64,000 bases of DNA from Bacillota bacterium (GCA_012521295.1 JAAYMS010000107.1:35641-99640), one strand, 5' to 3'; shown: positions 1-11,637, counted from the first letter of the stretch. Notes: generated by a model not told the origin, from the letters alone. Numbers and translations are program-made.

Positions 1-1
1 T

Positions 2-1264
2 ACCCAGGGTATTCTGCAGGGTACCTATGAAACCTTGGCTGAGTTGGCCGCGCAGGATTTTGATGGTACCCTAAGAGGGAGGCTGGTTCTAACGGCTGGC
101 CTCGGAGGCATGGGCGGAGCGCAACCTTTGGCAGTTACGATGAATGAAGGTGTGGCCATTGTGGTTGAGGTGGACCCTGAGCGCATTGAGCGGCGCCTTG
201 AGACACGCTACTGCGATGCAGCTGTAGATAGTATCGATGAAGCTATCAGACTTGCTCGTAATGCTCAGCAAAAGGGAGAACCGCTGTCAATTGCGCTGCT
301 GGGAAATGCAGCTGAGGTGTATCCCGAGTTCGTTCGCCGGGGTGTGATCCCGGATGTAGTCACCGACCAGACTTCTGCCCACGATCCCCTGAATGGGTAT
401 ATCCCCAAGGGCCTTACGCTAGAGCAAGCAGCGGCACTTCGAAGCGAAGATCCGGAACGCTACATTTTGGCCGCCAAAGAATCAATGGCTGTTCATGTGC
501 AGGCCATGCTTGACCTGCAGAAGGCAGGTGCGGTTGTCTTTGATTACGGCAATAACATCCGTCAGCAGGCCAAGGAAATGGGCGTGGAAAATGCCTTCGA
601 CTTTCCCGGATTTGTACCTGCGTATATCAGGCCACTTTTCTGTGAAGGTAAGGGGCCATTCCGCTGGGCGGCTTTGTCGGGCGATCCAGCTGATATTCAT
701 GCCATCGATGAACGCATCTGCAGGGAATTTGCTGAGGATAAGCGCCTTGTGCGTTGGATAAGAATGGCTCAAGAAAAAGTGGCCTTTCAAGGTTTACCAT
801 CGCGTATCTGCTGGTTGGGCTATGGTGATCGAGCCAAGCTAGGCCTGATCATCAATGATATGGTGCGGACAGGCGAACTGAAAGCGCCGATAGTTATCGG
901 CCGGGACCACCTAGATGCGGGTTCGGTGGCTTCACCTAATCGTGAAACCGAGGGAATGCGCGACGGCAGCGATGCAGTCGCCGATTGGCCTCTTTTGAAC
1001 GCTCTTGTTAATGCATGTGCAGGGGCCAGCTGGGTATCGATTCATCATGGCGGGGGCGTGGGGATTGGTTATTCCATACACGCTGGGATGGTCGTAGTGG
1101 CGGATGGTACGAGTGAATCAGCTGAGCGCCTAGAAAGAGTTTTGACAACAGATCCAGGCACAGGGGTTATGCGCCATGCTGATGCCGGTTATGAGATTGC
1201 CATCCGCACAGCTCGCGAAAAGGGGATCAAGATCCCCATGTTGACGAAGGAGGACGAAGTATGA
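2..1264 (+). CDS. hutU: urocanate hydratase (urocanase), 5' partial (upstream part outside window)
   Basis: The ORF runs from the window edge. The translation has urocanase motifs ([36 protein letters not shown]). The true start lies upstream of position 1. Confidence 0.9.
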   Translation, partial: TQGILQGTYETLAELAAQDFDGTLRGRLVLTAGLGGMGGAQPLAVTMNEGVAIVVEVDPERIERRLETRYCDAAVDSIDEAIRLARNAQQKGEPLSIALLGNAAEVYPEFVRRGVIPDVVTDQTSAHDPLNGYIPKGLTLEQAAALRSEDPERYILAAKESMAVHVQAMLDLQKAGAVVFDYGNNIRQQAKEMGVENAFDFPGFVPAYIRPLFCEGKGPFRWAALSGDPADIHAIDERICREFAEDKRLVRWIRMAQEKVAFQGLPSRICWLGYGDRAKLGLIINDMVRTGELKAPIVIGRDHLDAGSVASPNRETEGMRDGSDAVADWPLLNALVNACAGASWVSIHHGGGVGIGYSIHAGMVVVADGTSESAERLERVLTTDPGTGVMRHADAGYEIAIRTAREKGIKIPMLTKEDEV

Positions 1265-2160
1265 GCCAGTTAGTACAGTGTGTGCCGAATATCAGCGAAG
1301 GCCGGCGGCCTGAAGTCGTAGAAGCAGTGATAGATCAAGTTCGTCAAACTCCTGGCGTGCATCTCTTGGATTATTCTTCTGATCGCGATCACAACCGCTC
1401 GGTGATCACTTTTGTAGGTAATCTAGCGAGCGTTATGGAGGCTTGCGTTGCGCTTTCTCGTGAAGCAGTTAAGCACATTGACATGAACCAGCACAGCGGA
1501 GAGCACCCGCGGATTGGGGCAGTGGACGTAATTCCGTTAATTCCGATTCAAAACATTACGCTGCAGGAGTGCGCCCAAGCCGCAGTAGAGCTGGGGCAGA
1601 GGTTGTGGGAAGAAGTCAAACTTCCGGTGTATCTCTATGGCGCAGCTGCGCGGAAACCCGAGCGGGAAAACATCAGTAATATCCGCCGCGGTGAGTATGA
1701 AGGGTTGCGCATGACCGTGGTCCAAGCGGAACGGCTGCCCGATATAGGAGGCCCATACCTTCATCCGACCGCTGGCGCGACTATCGTGGGAGCACGTCTG
1801 GCCCTGATCGCGTTCAATGTCAACTTGGGTACGTCAGATAAATCAATCGCCGATGCTATTGCTAAGTCTCTCAGATCCAGCAGCGGCTCTTTCCAGCACG
1901 TTAAGGCCATGGGAGTAGCTCTAGAGAAGCGTGGCCAGGTACAGGTGTCTATGAATCTGGAGAACTATAAACGAACTCCGATCCACCGTGTATTAGAAGC
2001 GATTCGCCGTGAAGCAGCTCGCTATGGTGTTCCGGTAGTCGGAAGTGAGATCATCGGCTTAGTTCCGCAAGAAGCGCTTCTAGATGCGGCCCAGTGGTAT
2101 CTACAGTTGGAAGGGTTCAGCCCCAAGCAAGTGCTGGAAAACCGCCTGCGCGAATTGTAG
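1261..2160 (+). CDS. ftcD: glutamate formimidoyltransferase (formiminotransferase domain protein, FtcD-N type)
   Basis: The N-terminus [16 protein letters not shown] is typical of formiminotransferases. The start overlaps the hutU stop (ATGA). It sits inside the hut cluster. Confidence 0.8.
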   Translation: MSQLVQCVPNISEGRRPEVVEAVIDQVRQTPGVHLLDYSSDRDHNRSVITFVGNLASVMEACVALSREAVKHIDMNQHSGEHPRIGAVDVIPLIPIQNITLQECAQAAVELGQRLWEEVKLPVYLYGAAARKPERENISNIRRGEYEGLRMTVVQAERLPDIGGPYLHPTAGATIVGARLALIAFNVNLGTSDKSIADAIAKSLRSSSGSFQHVKAMGVALEKRGQVQVSMNLENYKRTPIHRVLEAIRREAARYGVPVVGSEIIGLVPQEALLDAAQWYLQLEGFSPKQVLENRLREL

Positions 2161-2170
2161 GAGGTGGACG

Positions 2171-3457
2171 ATGCCTAAGCCTCAACCAGAACTGCTGATC
2201 AGAGGAGCGCAGATCGTATCGCCTCTTGGCTCGAGCCCGATCTGCGGAGAAGAGATGCGGCACTTACGGGTTATCAACGAGGGGTGGATCGCCTGCTCCG
2301 ATGGTAAGATTCTAGGATTGGGTCCCATGGACGAGCTTGTCAATCACGTAACAGTGGACGGCTGTACAGAGATCATCGATGCGGCTGGTAAGGTGGTGCT
2401 GCCTGGCCTCGTCGACCCTCATACCCACCTCGTCTTTGGCGGAAGCCGCGAGGATGAGTTCTATCTTCGTGCTCAAGGTACCGATTACATGGAGATTATG
2501 ACTCGCGGGGGAGGTATTCTCAGCACGGTCCGGGCCACTCGCGCAGCGTCGCTCGAAGAGTTGGTGGAGACAGGGCTGCAGCGCCTGGACTGGATGCTCA
2601 GCCAAGGTGTAACTACCGTCGAATGCAAGAGCGGCTATGGGCTCGATCTGGAGACAGAGATCAAGCAGCTGCGCGCTGTGCAGATCTTGAATGAGCGGCA
2701 CCCGATCGAGTTGGTTGCTACCTTTATGGGTGCTCATGCGTTCCCACCCGAGTATGCTGGCAGGGAAGATGAGTTTGTTGAGGTGATCATCGAGGAAATG
2801 CTTCCTGCTGTAGCCGAACAGGGCCTGGCTGAGTACTGCGACGTCTTCTGTGAATCAGGCGTGTTTTCTGTCGAACAGACGCGACGGATTATGGAGAGAG
2901 CAAGGGAACTAGGCTTCAAGCTGCGCCTGCATGCTGACGAAATGACCTCTTTGGGCGGAGCGGAGCTGGCGGGAGAACTGCAGGCTTCCTCTGCAGACCA
3001 TCTTCTTCAGATCACTGAGGATGGGATGACAGCTTTGCGCGAAGGGCAAGTGATGCCCGTACTTCTGCCCGCGACCGCTTTTACACTCAAGAAGCCTTAT
3101 GCTCCTGCCCGGAGGATGTTGGAGAGAGGCTTACCCATTGCTCTAGCCACCGATTTTAACCCGGGTTCATCGCCAGTGCCGAGTATGCTGCTCACGATTT
3201 CGTTATCCTGTCTGTACATGGGCCTAACGCCCGAAGAGGCACTGAACGCAGCAACGCTTAACGCAGCGGTAAGTATAGACCGTGCCGAGCAATTAGGCAG
3301 CCTGGCTGTAGGTAAACAAGCCGACCTTGTTATCTTCGAAGTGGATCATTACAGCAAGATACCGTATTTTATTGGTGCAGATCTGGTTGAGACAGTGATC
3401 AAACGCGGCAGCATCGTGTACCACAAACCGCGGTTTAGAGGAGGATATGAATGCTGA
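2171..3457 (+). CDS. hutI: imidazolonepropionase
   Basis: Amidohydrolase motif VDPHTHLVFGGSRE. ATG at 2171 follows RBS GGAGGTG. The listed ORF start at 2084 is an upstream in-frame extension. Confidence 0.9.
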   Translation: MPKPQPELLIRGAQIVSPLGSSPICGEEMRHLRVINEGWIACSDGKILGLGPMDELVNHVTVDGCTEIIDAAGKVVLPGLVDPHTHLVFGGSREDEFYLRAQGTDYMEIMTRGGGILSTVRATRAASLEELVETGLQRLDWMLSQGVTTVECKSGYGLDLETEIKQLRAVQILNERHPIELVATFMGAHAFPPEYAGREDEFVEVIIEEMLPAVAEQGLAEYCDVFCESGVFSVEQTRRIMERARELGFKLRLHADEMTSLGGAELAGELQASSADHLLQITEDGMTALREGQVMPVLLPATAFTLKKPYAPARRMLERGLPIALATDFNPGSSPVPSMLLTISLSCLYMGLTPEEALNAATLNAAVSIDRAEQLGSLAVGKQADLVIFEVDHYSKIPYFIGADLVETVIKRGSIVYHKPRFRGGYEC

Positions 3458-4071
3458 TAGACTTAACTCTGCGGGAGTTCCTTGATGAGCTGGCCTCTGA
3501 TAGTGCTGTTCCGGGGGGAGGAAGCGCTTCAGCCCTAGCAGGTGCTGCAGCGGGAGCGTTGGTTCAGATGGTTGCCCGTATCACCACGCGTAAGTCACCT
3601 GACGCTCGTCTGATCGAAGTGCAGGAACAGGCTGCAGTCTTAACCGAGAGATTGAGCGAACTTATTCAGCGAGATTCTGATGCTTTTAGTGAGGTTGTGA
3701 CTGCGTTTAAACTGCCAAAAACCACCCCCGAGGAAAAGGAACAGCGTTCTCAGGCCGTGCAGGCAGCTTATCGGAATGCGGCCGCGGTCCCATTGGAGGT
3801 TATGCAGACAGCCGTTGACCTGCTGCAGCTGGCGCGCGACGTGGCAGAACACGGGAACCCAAATGCTCTGTCTGACGCCTGCGTAGCAGCGCAGCTCAGC
3901 TGGGCCGCAGTTCAGGGCGCGGCATATAATGTAGAAATCAATCTGCCGTACATCAATGATGAAGAGTTTGTCAGCATGGCGAAGGATAAGATGAAAGAAC
4001 TGTTGTACGCTGCCGATCAAGGCAAGGTTGGCGTGGAACAGTGCTTGTGCCGCAGAAAGCAGCCCCGTTGA
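3451..4071 (+). CDS. formiminotetrahydrofolate cyclodeaminase (FtcD C-domain-like, methenyl-THF forming)
   Basis: The N-terminus LREFLDELASDSAVPGGGSASALAGAAAGAL is typical of the cyclodeaminase family. RBS AGAGGAGG. It overlaps the hutI stop. Confidence 0.75.
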   Translation: MLIDLTLREFLDELASDSAVPGGGSASALAGAAAGALVQMVARITTRKSPDARLIEVQEQAAVLTERLSELIQRDSDAFSEVVTAFKLPKTTPEEKEQRSQAVQAAYRNAAAVPLEVMQTAVDLLQLARDVAEHGNPNALSDACVAAQLSWAAVQGAAYNVEINLPYINDEEFVSMAKDKMKELLYAADQGKVGVEQCLCRRKQPR

Positions 4072-4084
4072 CATCACAAGAAGG

Positions 4085-4340
4085 GCTGTGGTATCATTCA
4101 GGTAAATATGAATCGAACACGAGCTGTGACGGATTTAGTAGTTGACCATGGTTACAATTTCAGAGAGCAGGCTGGGTGGTGCGAAGCCTGCAGCACATGG
4201 TTTGGCGAATTACACTCCTGAGCTCCAGCAGGAAACTGCTGCGGGTTGCCATCCGATATCATGGCAAGAGGCGCTTCGGCGCGAATTAAGGTGGTACCAC
4301 GGGTTCTCTCGTCCTTAAACTGGCGAGAGAACCTTTTTTT
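4085..4340 (+). promoter_or_regulatory. T-box leader RNA upstream of tyrS with intrinsic terminator
   Basis: Conserved T-box sequence aattaaggtggtaccacgg at 4284-4302. Terminator hairpin ggttctctcgtc/gcgagagaacc at 4302-4333, followed by a T7 tract. A candidate UAC (Tyr) specifier sits at 4153-4155 in 'gguUACAau'. Confidence 0.7.
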
Positions 4341-4361
4341 AGTAGTGTGGAGGTGTTTGCC

Positions 4362-5588
4362 GTGAGTAACGTATTTGATATTCTGCAAGAACGTGGTTTC
4401 ATTGAACAGAGCACTTATCCCGAAGAGCTGCGGGAACTCTTGGGGAAAGAATCAGTTACCTTTTACACCGGGTTTGATGCAACAGCCAGCAGTTTGACCT
4501 TGGGCCATCTCATTCCCATTATGGCCATGAAGCACATGCAGATGGCTGGACACAAGCCGATCGTGCTCCTGGGCGGAGCAACCACCATGGTCGGCGACCC
4601 ATCTGGTAAGACCGAGATGCGCCGCATGATGACACAGGAGGAGATTCAGGCCAATGCTGATGCCTTTAAGGCACAGTTTTCTCGGTTTCTCGATCTGGAC
4701 AGCGGCGATGTCCAGGTTGTGAACAATCTTGAGTGGTTCAGAGATATGAGTTTCCTCGAATTTGTGCGCAACATCGGGCGGCATTTCTCTGTCAACCGCA
4801 TGCTGGCGGCCGAGTGCTACAAATCGCGTCTGGACACCGGCCTAACTTTCCTCGAATTCAGTTATATGCTGATGCAGTCTTATGACTTCCTTGAGCTCTA
4901 TCGCCGCTACAACTGCCGTCTGCAGATGGGAGGCAACGACCAGTGGTCCAACATCTTGGGCGGATATGAGCTAGTACGCCGTGAAGAAGGCGCTTCAGTC
5001 TATGCGTTGACTGTCAAGCTGCTCACCACCAGCACAGGGAAGAAAATGGGTAAGACCGAAGCAGGGACTGTGTGGCTTGATCCGGAGCGCACATCGCCTT
5101 ACGATTTCTACCAGTACCTGCGCAACGTGGATGACCAGGACGTTGAGAACTGCTTGGCGCTGTTGACATTCCTGCCCATGGACGAAGTCCGGCGGTTAGG
5201 AAGCCTAAAGGATGCGGAGATCAATAAGGCCAAAGAAATCTTAGCCTACGAAGTGACTAAGCTTGTCCACGGCGAAGAGGAAGCGAACAAAGCCCAGGCT
5301 GCGGCGAGGGCGCTGTTTGGCGGTGCTGGTTCGAGCGAACACATGCCTTCTACAGCGTTTCCTGAGTCTCGGTTTGCCGAAGGTGTTGATATCTTGACGG
5401 TTCTTACAGAGGCTGGCCTTGTGTCATCTCGCAGCGAGGGGCGCCGCCTAATTCAGCAGGGAGGAGTACACCTTGCTGATGAACGGGTTGAAGATATGGA
5501 ACGGGTTGTCACCTTGGCTGACTTCACTGATGGCGAGCTGATTTTACGCAAAGGGAAGAAAACGTACCACAAGATTGTGATTCAATAA
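4362..5588 (+). CDS. tyrS: tyrosine--tRNA ligase
   Basis: Class I aaRS with a HIGH-like motif (TLGHLIPI) and KMGKT (KMSKS). GTG at 4362 sits 6 nt after RBS GGAGGTG. The N-terminus MSNVFDILQERGFIEQ resembles the Bacillus TyrS N-terminus as recalled from memory. The GTG at 4347 is a less likely start. Confidence 0.9.
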   Translation: MSNVFDILQERGFIEQSTYPEELRELLGKESVTFYTGFDATASSLTLGHLIPIMAMKHMQMAGHKPIVLLGGATTMVGDPSGKTEMRRMMTQEEIQANADAFKAQFSRFLDLDSGDVQVVNNLEWFRDMSFLEFVRNIGRHFSVNRMLAAECYKSRLDTGLTFLEFSYMLMQSYDFLELYRRYNCRLQMGGNDQWSNILGGYELVRREEGASVYALTVKLLTTSTGKKMGKTEAGTVWLDPERTSPYDFYQYLRNVDDQDVENCLALLTFLPMDEVRRLGSLKDAEINKAKEILAYEVTKLVHGEEEANKAQAAARALFGGAGSSEHMPSTAFPESRFAEGVDILTVLTEAGLVSSRSEGRRLIQQGGVHLADERVEDMERVVTLADFTDGELILRKGKKTYHKIVIQ

Positions 5589-5600
5589 CCTTCGTCTTAG

Positions 5601-5631
5601 TCACCGGAGAGCATTCTCCGGTGATTTTTTC
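5601..5631 (+). terminator. intrinsic terminator after tyrS
   Basis: Hairpin tcaccggagagcattctccggtga followed by TTTTTT. Confidence 0.75.
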
Positions 5632-5708
5632 TTGACAGCAGAGCTATTTAGGGCGAAAATAGTTCTGTTATCTAATTATTTGAACACTGAACTAATCGAG
5701 GTGAATTT

Positions 5709-6173
5709 ATGGAACGCCCATCAGAACTTGCCCTTGATCTTATTGAGGCTTTAGAGAGCTTGCGGCGAAGTAGCTGGCCGCACGACTTAGATTCTGCGAT
5801 GCCAGTTACGCCGAGCGAAATGCATCTTTTGCTCTATCTTTACCACCGCTGCGATCCAGCGAAGGCGGGAATGCAGCCGTCGGAGCTTGGCGATCTTCTC
5901 CAGATTGCCCGCCCAACAGTGTCTTCCTTAGTGAACTCCCTTGAGGAAAAGGGCTTTGTGGAACGCCGTAACAGCACCAGTGACCGGCGTGCTGTGTTAG
6001 TGTGTCTGACCAAAGAAGGTATTGAGCTGATTGCCCAGGCACATGCTGAGATGGAAAAGCATATCGGCCGGTTGGTAGAGTTTCTCGGCGTTGAGGACAC
6101 ACAAGAGTTGATCCGCTTAATCCGCCGAGTCCAACAATTTCGTGAGACGGAGAGAAGGACATGTGGAAACTAG
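5709..6173 (+). CDS. MarR family transcriptional regulator
   Basis: Winged-helix MarR signature (LQIARPTVSSLVNSLEEKGFVERRNSTSDRRAVLVCLTKEG). It immediately precedes the ABC exporter genes. Confidence 0.8.
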   Translation: MERPSELALDLIEALESLRRSSWPHDLDSAMPVTPSEMHLLLYLYHRCDPAKAGMQPSELGDLLQIARPTVSSLVNSLEEKGFVERRNSTSDRRAVLVCLTKEGIELIAQAHAEMEKHIGRLVEFLGVEDTQELIRLIRRVQQFRETERRTCGN

Positions 6174-7888
6174 CCCGATTTGTTAGACCTTACAGATTAT
6201 ATGTTGCACTCGTCATCGGATCTGTGTTCGCACAAGCGCTAGCAGAACTGATGCTTCCTAACCTGATGTCTCAGATAGTCGATCAAGGGATTGCCCTGGG
6301 AAATCTACCGCTAATCTGGCGGGTTGGCGGGTTGATGCTCGCTGTGGCGTTAGTGAGCACTGTCTTGGCGGTGGCCAGTAGTTATATCGAGTCTAGAGTT
6401 TCATCGGCGATTGGCCGGGATTTGCGCCGCGCAGTCTTTGCCAAAGCTGAGTCTTTCTCACTCCAAGAGTTCAACTCACTAGGCACATCTTCGCTGATCA
6501 CTCGCACCACTAATGATGTTCAGCAAATTCAAAGCGTCTTCTTGACCTTTACTCGCATGGTGGTTAGGGCGCCGCTTATGGCGATCGGTGGAGTTATTAT
6601 GGTTGTGGGCAAGAGCCCGCGCCTTGCGGGCATGCTTTTGGCGTTACTGCCGCTTCTTGCTGTCATTATCTTCGTGGTAGCGCGAAGTGTCATGCCGCAG
6701 TTTCGCAAGATTCAGCAGAAGATCGATCAGCTTAACCGTGTGGTCAGGGAACAGCTCATGGGTGTGCGGGTGATCCGTGCCTTTAATCGGGTTGGATTTG
6801 AACAAGAACGATTTGAGGCTGCCAACCGCGATCTCTCCCAGACCACTTTGAGAGTAACCCGAATCATGGCAGTCTTGATGCCACTTATGAGTCTAATCCT
6901 CAATCTGACTACTGTGGGAATCATGTGGTTCGGAAGCCGCCGCATCGACCTGGGGGAGATGGCCGTCGGTGATATGATGGCGTTCATTCAATATGCAATG
7001 CACATCATGATGTCGCTTGTCATGCTCTCAATGATTTTCGTGATGCTGCCCCGTGCAGCCGCTTCTGCAGATCGCATCAACGAAGTACTCGATATGGAAC
7101 CTCAGATTACTGATCCAGCTAACCCGGCTGTACCGGACAAGCGTACTGGTGTGGTGACCTTTACCGATGTAACGTTTGCTTATCCTGGGGCTGAGGCACC
7201 TGTATTACAGAATATCAGCTTTACTGCCCGGCCAGGTGAGGTCACAGCCATCATTGGTGGTACTGGATCCGGTAAGAGTACCCTGCTGAACTTGGTTCCT
7301 CGGTTTTATGATGTTAATGAAGGCAGCATAACTATTGATGGGGTTGATGTGCGTAATATGCCCCAGAATGTGCTGCGGCAGAAAATAGGGTATGTGCCTC
7401 AGAAGGCTCAGCTCTTCTCTGGCACAATCGAGTCTAACATCCGTATGGGTAAGCTTGACGCGGATCTTAGCGAGATCCGAACCGCAGCAGAAGCCGCTCA
7501 AGCGCTCGAGTTCATTCTCGAGAAGGATGAAGGCTTCGAATCACCAATCAGCCAGGGTGGCACGAACGTTTCTGGCGGCCAGAAGCAGCGTCTGTCTATT
7601 GCTCGCGCCCTAGTTCGTCAACCCGATATCTATCTCCTAGATGACTGTTTTTCCGCTCTAGACTATCGGACTGACGCAAAGCTCAGGGCAGCTTTTCGCC
7701 GCATAGCCAAAGATAAAACGGTGATCTTGGTAGCCCAGCGCGTCAGCACCATTCTCGACGCAGATCAGATATTGGTGCTGGATAGCGGGCGGATTGTCAG
7801 CCGCGGCACACATACTGAACTGCTGCGCAACTGCCCGGTTTATCAGGAGATCGTAGCGTCACAGCTTAGACAGGAGGAACTAGCATGA
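6161..7888 (+). CDS. ABC transporter permease/ATP-binding protein (exporter half-transporter)
   Basis: N-terminal 6-TM domain. Walker A GGTGSGKST, signature LSGGQKQRLSIARAL, Walker B IYLLDD. Confidence 0.85.
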   Translation: MWKLARFVRPYRLYVALVIGSVFAQALAELMLPNLMSQIVDQGIALGNLPLIWRVGGLMLAVALVSTVLAVASSYIESRVSSAIGRDLRRAVFAKAESFSLQEFNSLGTSSLITRTTNDVQQIQSVFLTFTRMVVRAPLMAIGGVIMVVGKSPRLAGMLLALLPLLAVIIFVVARSVMPQFRKIQQKIDQLNRVVREQLMGVRVIRAFNRVGFEQERFEAANRDLSQTTLRVTRIMAVLMPLMSLILNLTTVGIMWFGSRRIDLGEMAVGDMMAFIQYAMHIMMSLVMLSMIFVMLPRAAASADRINEVLDMEPQITDPANPAVPDKRTGVVTFTDVTFAYPGAEAPVLQNISFTARPGEVTAIIGGTGSGKSTLLNLVPRFYDVNEGSITIDGVDVRNMPQNVLRQKIGYVPQKAQLFSGTIESNIRMGKLDADLSEIRTAAEAAQALEFILEKDEGFESPISQGGTNVSGGQKQRLSIARALVRQPDIYLLDDCFSALDYRTDAKLRAAFRRIAKDKTVILVAQRVSTILDADQILVLDSGRIVSRGTHTELLRNCPVYQEIVASQLRQEELA

Positions 7889-9720
7889 GACATGGCGGGC
7901 CAAGGGGCGGCTTCGGGAAATTTGAGCGTGCCAAAGACTTTCGTGGGACAGCGCGGCGTTTATTGCAGTATCTCAGGCCGCATCGTCTGAGTCTAGCCTT
8001 TGTGATAGCGGCGGCTCTGCTGAGCACTGTGTTTAATATCTTCTCACCGCGCATTCTAGGACGTGCGACGACTCTGCTGTTTGAAGGGGCCATGTCCAAA
8101 ATGCAGAATGTGCCGGGAGCAGCGATTGACTTCGCAGCCATCGGCAGAACACTCGTTACTCTGGCTTTTCTATACGTCGCCAGCGCGTTGTTCACTTATG
8201 TACAGCAATACATCATGGCGGGGGTTGCCCAGCGCACAGTTTACGACCTGCGCCAAGCGATCAACCACAAACTAGCTAAACTGCCGCTGCGTCATTATGA
8301 CTCGAATCCCCACGGTGATCTGCTCAGCCGAGTGACGAATGATGTGGATATGGTTAGTCAAACACTGCAGCAGGGGCTCACACAGTTGGTGACCTCGGCG
8401 GTGACATTGATTGGTGTCATCATTATGATGCTGCGCATCAGTCCACTACTTACACTGATTACCATGCTCATGCTGCCGTTGAGTGCAGTCATCAGCGCAG
8501 TCGTAGTGTCGCGCTCGCAGGGTTACTTTGCTGGCCAACAGCGCTGGCTGGGAGAGTTGAATGGTCATGTGGAAGAAATGTACACAGGGCACACTGTGGT
8601 TAAGGCATACGGTTTAGAAGAAAAGGCGCTCGCTGAATTTGACCAAAAGAACGCGGAATTATACGAACACGGTTGGCGAGCCCAGTTCATCTCGGGAATC
8701 ATGATGCCTCTCATTGGTTTTGTGGGAAATCTAGGTTATGTGGCGATCAGTGTGATCGGAGGCATCTTTGCACTGCGGGGTCAGATCAAGGTGGGCGATA
8801 TTCAGGCCTTCATGCAGTATTCGCGGCAGTTCACAATGCCGATCACGCAAGCTGCAAACATTCTTAATATGATGCAGGCTTCAATCGCAGCCGCTGAAAG
8901 GGTCTTTGAGCTCCTTGATGCTGAAGAAGAGCCAGAAGATGCGGTGGACAGCGTCAAATTGAATGATCCAGAGGGGCGCGTGGAACTGAAAAACGTCAAC
9001 TTGGGATATAATCCTGGAAATCCCGTTCTGAGGAATGTAAATCTCACAGTCGAGCCAGGTCAAACGATAGCGATTGTGGGCCCAACTGGAGCGGGCAAGA
9101 CAACTCTAGTAAACCTGCTGATGCGGTTCTATGATGTGGACAGCGGGGAGATTACCATTGATGGAGTCAACATCGCCAAAATGAAGAGGGCCGACCTTCG
9201 GGCAGCGTTTGGCATGGTGCTCCAAGATGCTTGGCTGTTCCATGGTACGATTCGAGAAAACATCGCGTATGGCAAGCCTGGGGCAACCGAGGAGGAAATC
9301 GTGGCTGCAGCGAAGGCTGCCCACGCCGACCACTTCATCCGCACTCTGCCCGATGGATATGATACAATTCTGAGTGAGGATGCAGCTAACATTTCACAGG
9401 GGCAGCGCCAGCTGCTCACAATTGCGCGGGCAGTATTGGCCGATCCAACGATTTTGATTCTGGATGAGGCCACCAGTTCGGTAGATACGCGTACAGAACT
9501 GCTGATCCAGCAGGCTATGGCACGGCTGATGAAGGGGCGTACTAGTTTTGTGATCGCTCACCGTCTGTCTACCATTCAGGGCGCAGACTGCATTCTGGTG
9601 GTGCGAGACGGCGAGATCGTAGAACAGGGTACCCACGAAGAGCTCCTCGAAGCTGGTGGTTTCTATGCTGAGCTCTACTACAGTCAGTTTGCTGGCGAAA
9701 CCCGTTCTCGCGTAGGATGA
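7885..9720 (+). CDS. ABC transporter permease/ATP-binding protein (partner half-transporter)
   Basis: Walker A GPTGAGKTT, signature ISQGQRQLLTIARAV, Walker B LILDEATS. The start overlaps the previous stop. Likely a heterodimeric multidrug-type exporter. Confidence 0.85.
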   Translation: MRHGGPRGGFGKFERAKDFRGTARRLLQYLRPHRLSLAFVIAAALLSTVFNIFSPRILGRATTLLFEGAMSKMQNVPGAAIDFAAIGRTLVTLAFLYVASALFTYVQQYIMAGVAQRTVYDLRQAINHKLAKLPLRHYDSNPHGDLLSRVTNDVDMVSQTLQQGLTQLVTSAVTLIGVIIMMLRISPLLTLITMLMLPLSAVISAVVVSRSQGYFAGQQRWLGELNGHVEEMYTGHTVVKAYGLEEKALAEFDQKNAELYEHGWRAQFISGIMMPLIGFVGNLGYVAISVIGGIFALRGQIKVGDIQAFMQYSRQFTMPITQAANILNMMQASIAAAERVFELLDAEEEPEDAVDSVKLNDPEGRVELKNVNLGYNPGNPVLRNVNLTVEPGQTIAIVGPTGAGKTTLVNLLMRFYDVDSGEITIDGVNIAKMKRADLRAAFGMVLQDAWLFHGTIRENIAYGKPGATEEEIVAAAKAAHADHFIRTLPDGYDTILSEDAANISQGQRQLLTIARAVLADPTILILDEATSSVDTRTELLIQQAMARLMKGRTSFVIAHRLSTIQGADCILVVRDGEIVEQGTHEELLEAGGFYAELYYSQFAGETRSRVG

Positions 9721-10469
9721 GTTTTTCTGCCGCCGGAAATGAATTCCACGACTTTGGCGAAGACCAGTTCGTTATAGGGTGGCATTACGGGGATGTTGTG
9801 TGTGCCTTCATCCATCCAGAAACATTCTTTCTTGCGGGATGATATCTTGTTGAAAATAACCTCCGCGCTTTCTGGCCTAACTGTCTTATCGTCCCTTGTC
9901 TGGATGATAAGTGCCGGTGCGGTGATGTGGGGCAGTACGGCTTTGGTCTGAATCGTCAAGGTGTGCAGCTCAGCCACTGCGGCGATGGGAAACCGCGGAT
10001 AGTGCAGCAGGTATTTCTGGACTTCGGGCGGATGGTTTCCCTTCTCCGCTTCGCGGTAGGGCACAAAATACTTCACAAAACGCGCCAGTCGAATAAGACG
10101 GTTGGCAGGAACCAGGGCGGCCGCAATGGTAACAACTCCTTTTACTCGATTGCGGGCAGCCATCTGCAGCGCCAAGAGGCCCCCCATAGAGTGGCCGATT
10201 ACAATAACGCTGCTGCACTGGCGCTTAAGATAATTCAGCCCCTGTTGGGCTCCTTCAATCCAGTCACGGCATTTCACGCCCAATAGGTCCTCGGGCGTTG
10301 TGCCGTGACCAGGCAGAAGGGGTGCATAAACCGTATAACCGGCTTCATGCAGTGCCTCACCTAGAGGGCGCACCTCCGCCGGCGTACTGGTAAAACCGTG
10401 CAGTAAAAGACAGCCAGTTCTGTCACCCGGAAGTAAGAACGGTGCCTTCAGATTGGTCATTGCAATCAA
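9684..10469 (-). CDS. alpha/beta hydrolase (carboxylesterase-like)
   Basis: GHSMGG nucleophile elbow and HGFTSTP oxyanion region. It is convergent with the ABC gene and overlaps its 3' end by 37 nt. Confidence 0.75.
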   Translation of the reverse strand: MIAMTNLKAPFLLPGDRTGCLLLHGFTSTPAEVRPLGEALHEAGYTVYAPLLPGHGTTPEDLLGVKCRDWIEGAQQGLNYLKRQCSSVIVIGHSMGGLLALQMAARNRVKGVVTIAAALVPANRLIRLARFVKYFVPYREAEKGNHPPEVQKYLLHYPRFPIAAVAELHTLTIQTKAVLPHITAPALIIQTRDDKTVRPESAEVIFNKISSRKKECFWMDEGTHNIPVMPPYNELVFAKVVEFISGGRKTHPTRERVSPAN

Positions 10470-10488
10470 TCCTTCATCGCGTTAGTAA

Positions 10489-11637
<1,149 letters not shown>

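Noticed and set aside
2084-2170. The long upstream extensions of several ORFs (hutI from 2084, mnmA from 10516, zwf from 13959, HAD from 25582, znuB from 41843, ggt from 54075, cca to 23010, M42 paralog 3 to 60589, fusion gene from 49205).
   Set aside because: In each case an internal ATG, GTG or TTG with a proper Shine-Dalgarno site and a homolog-consistent N-terminus is present. The extensions overlap upstream genes or promoters.
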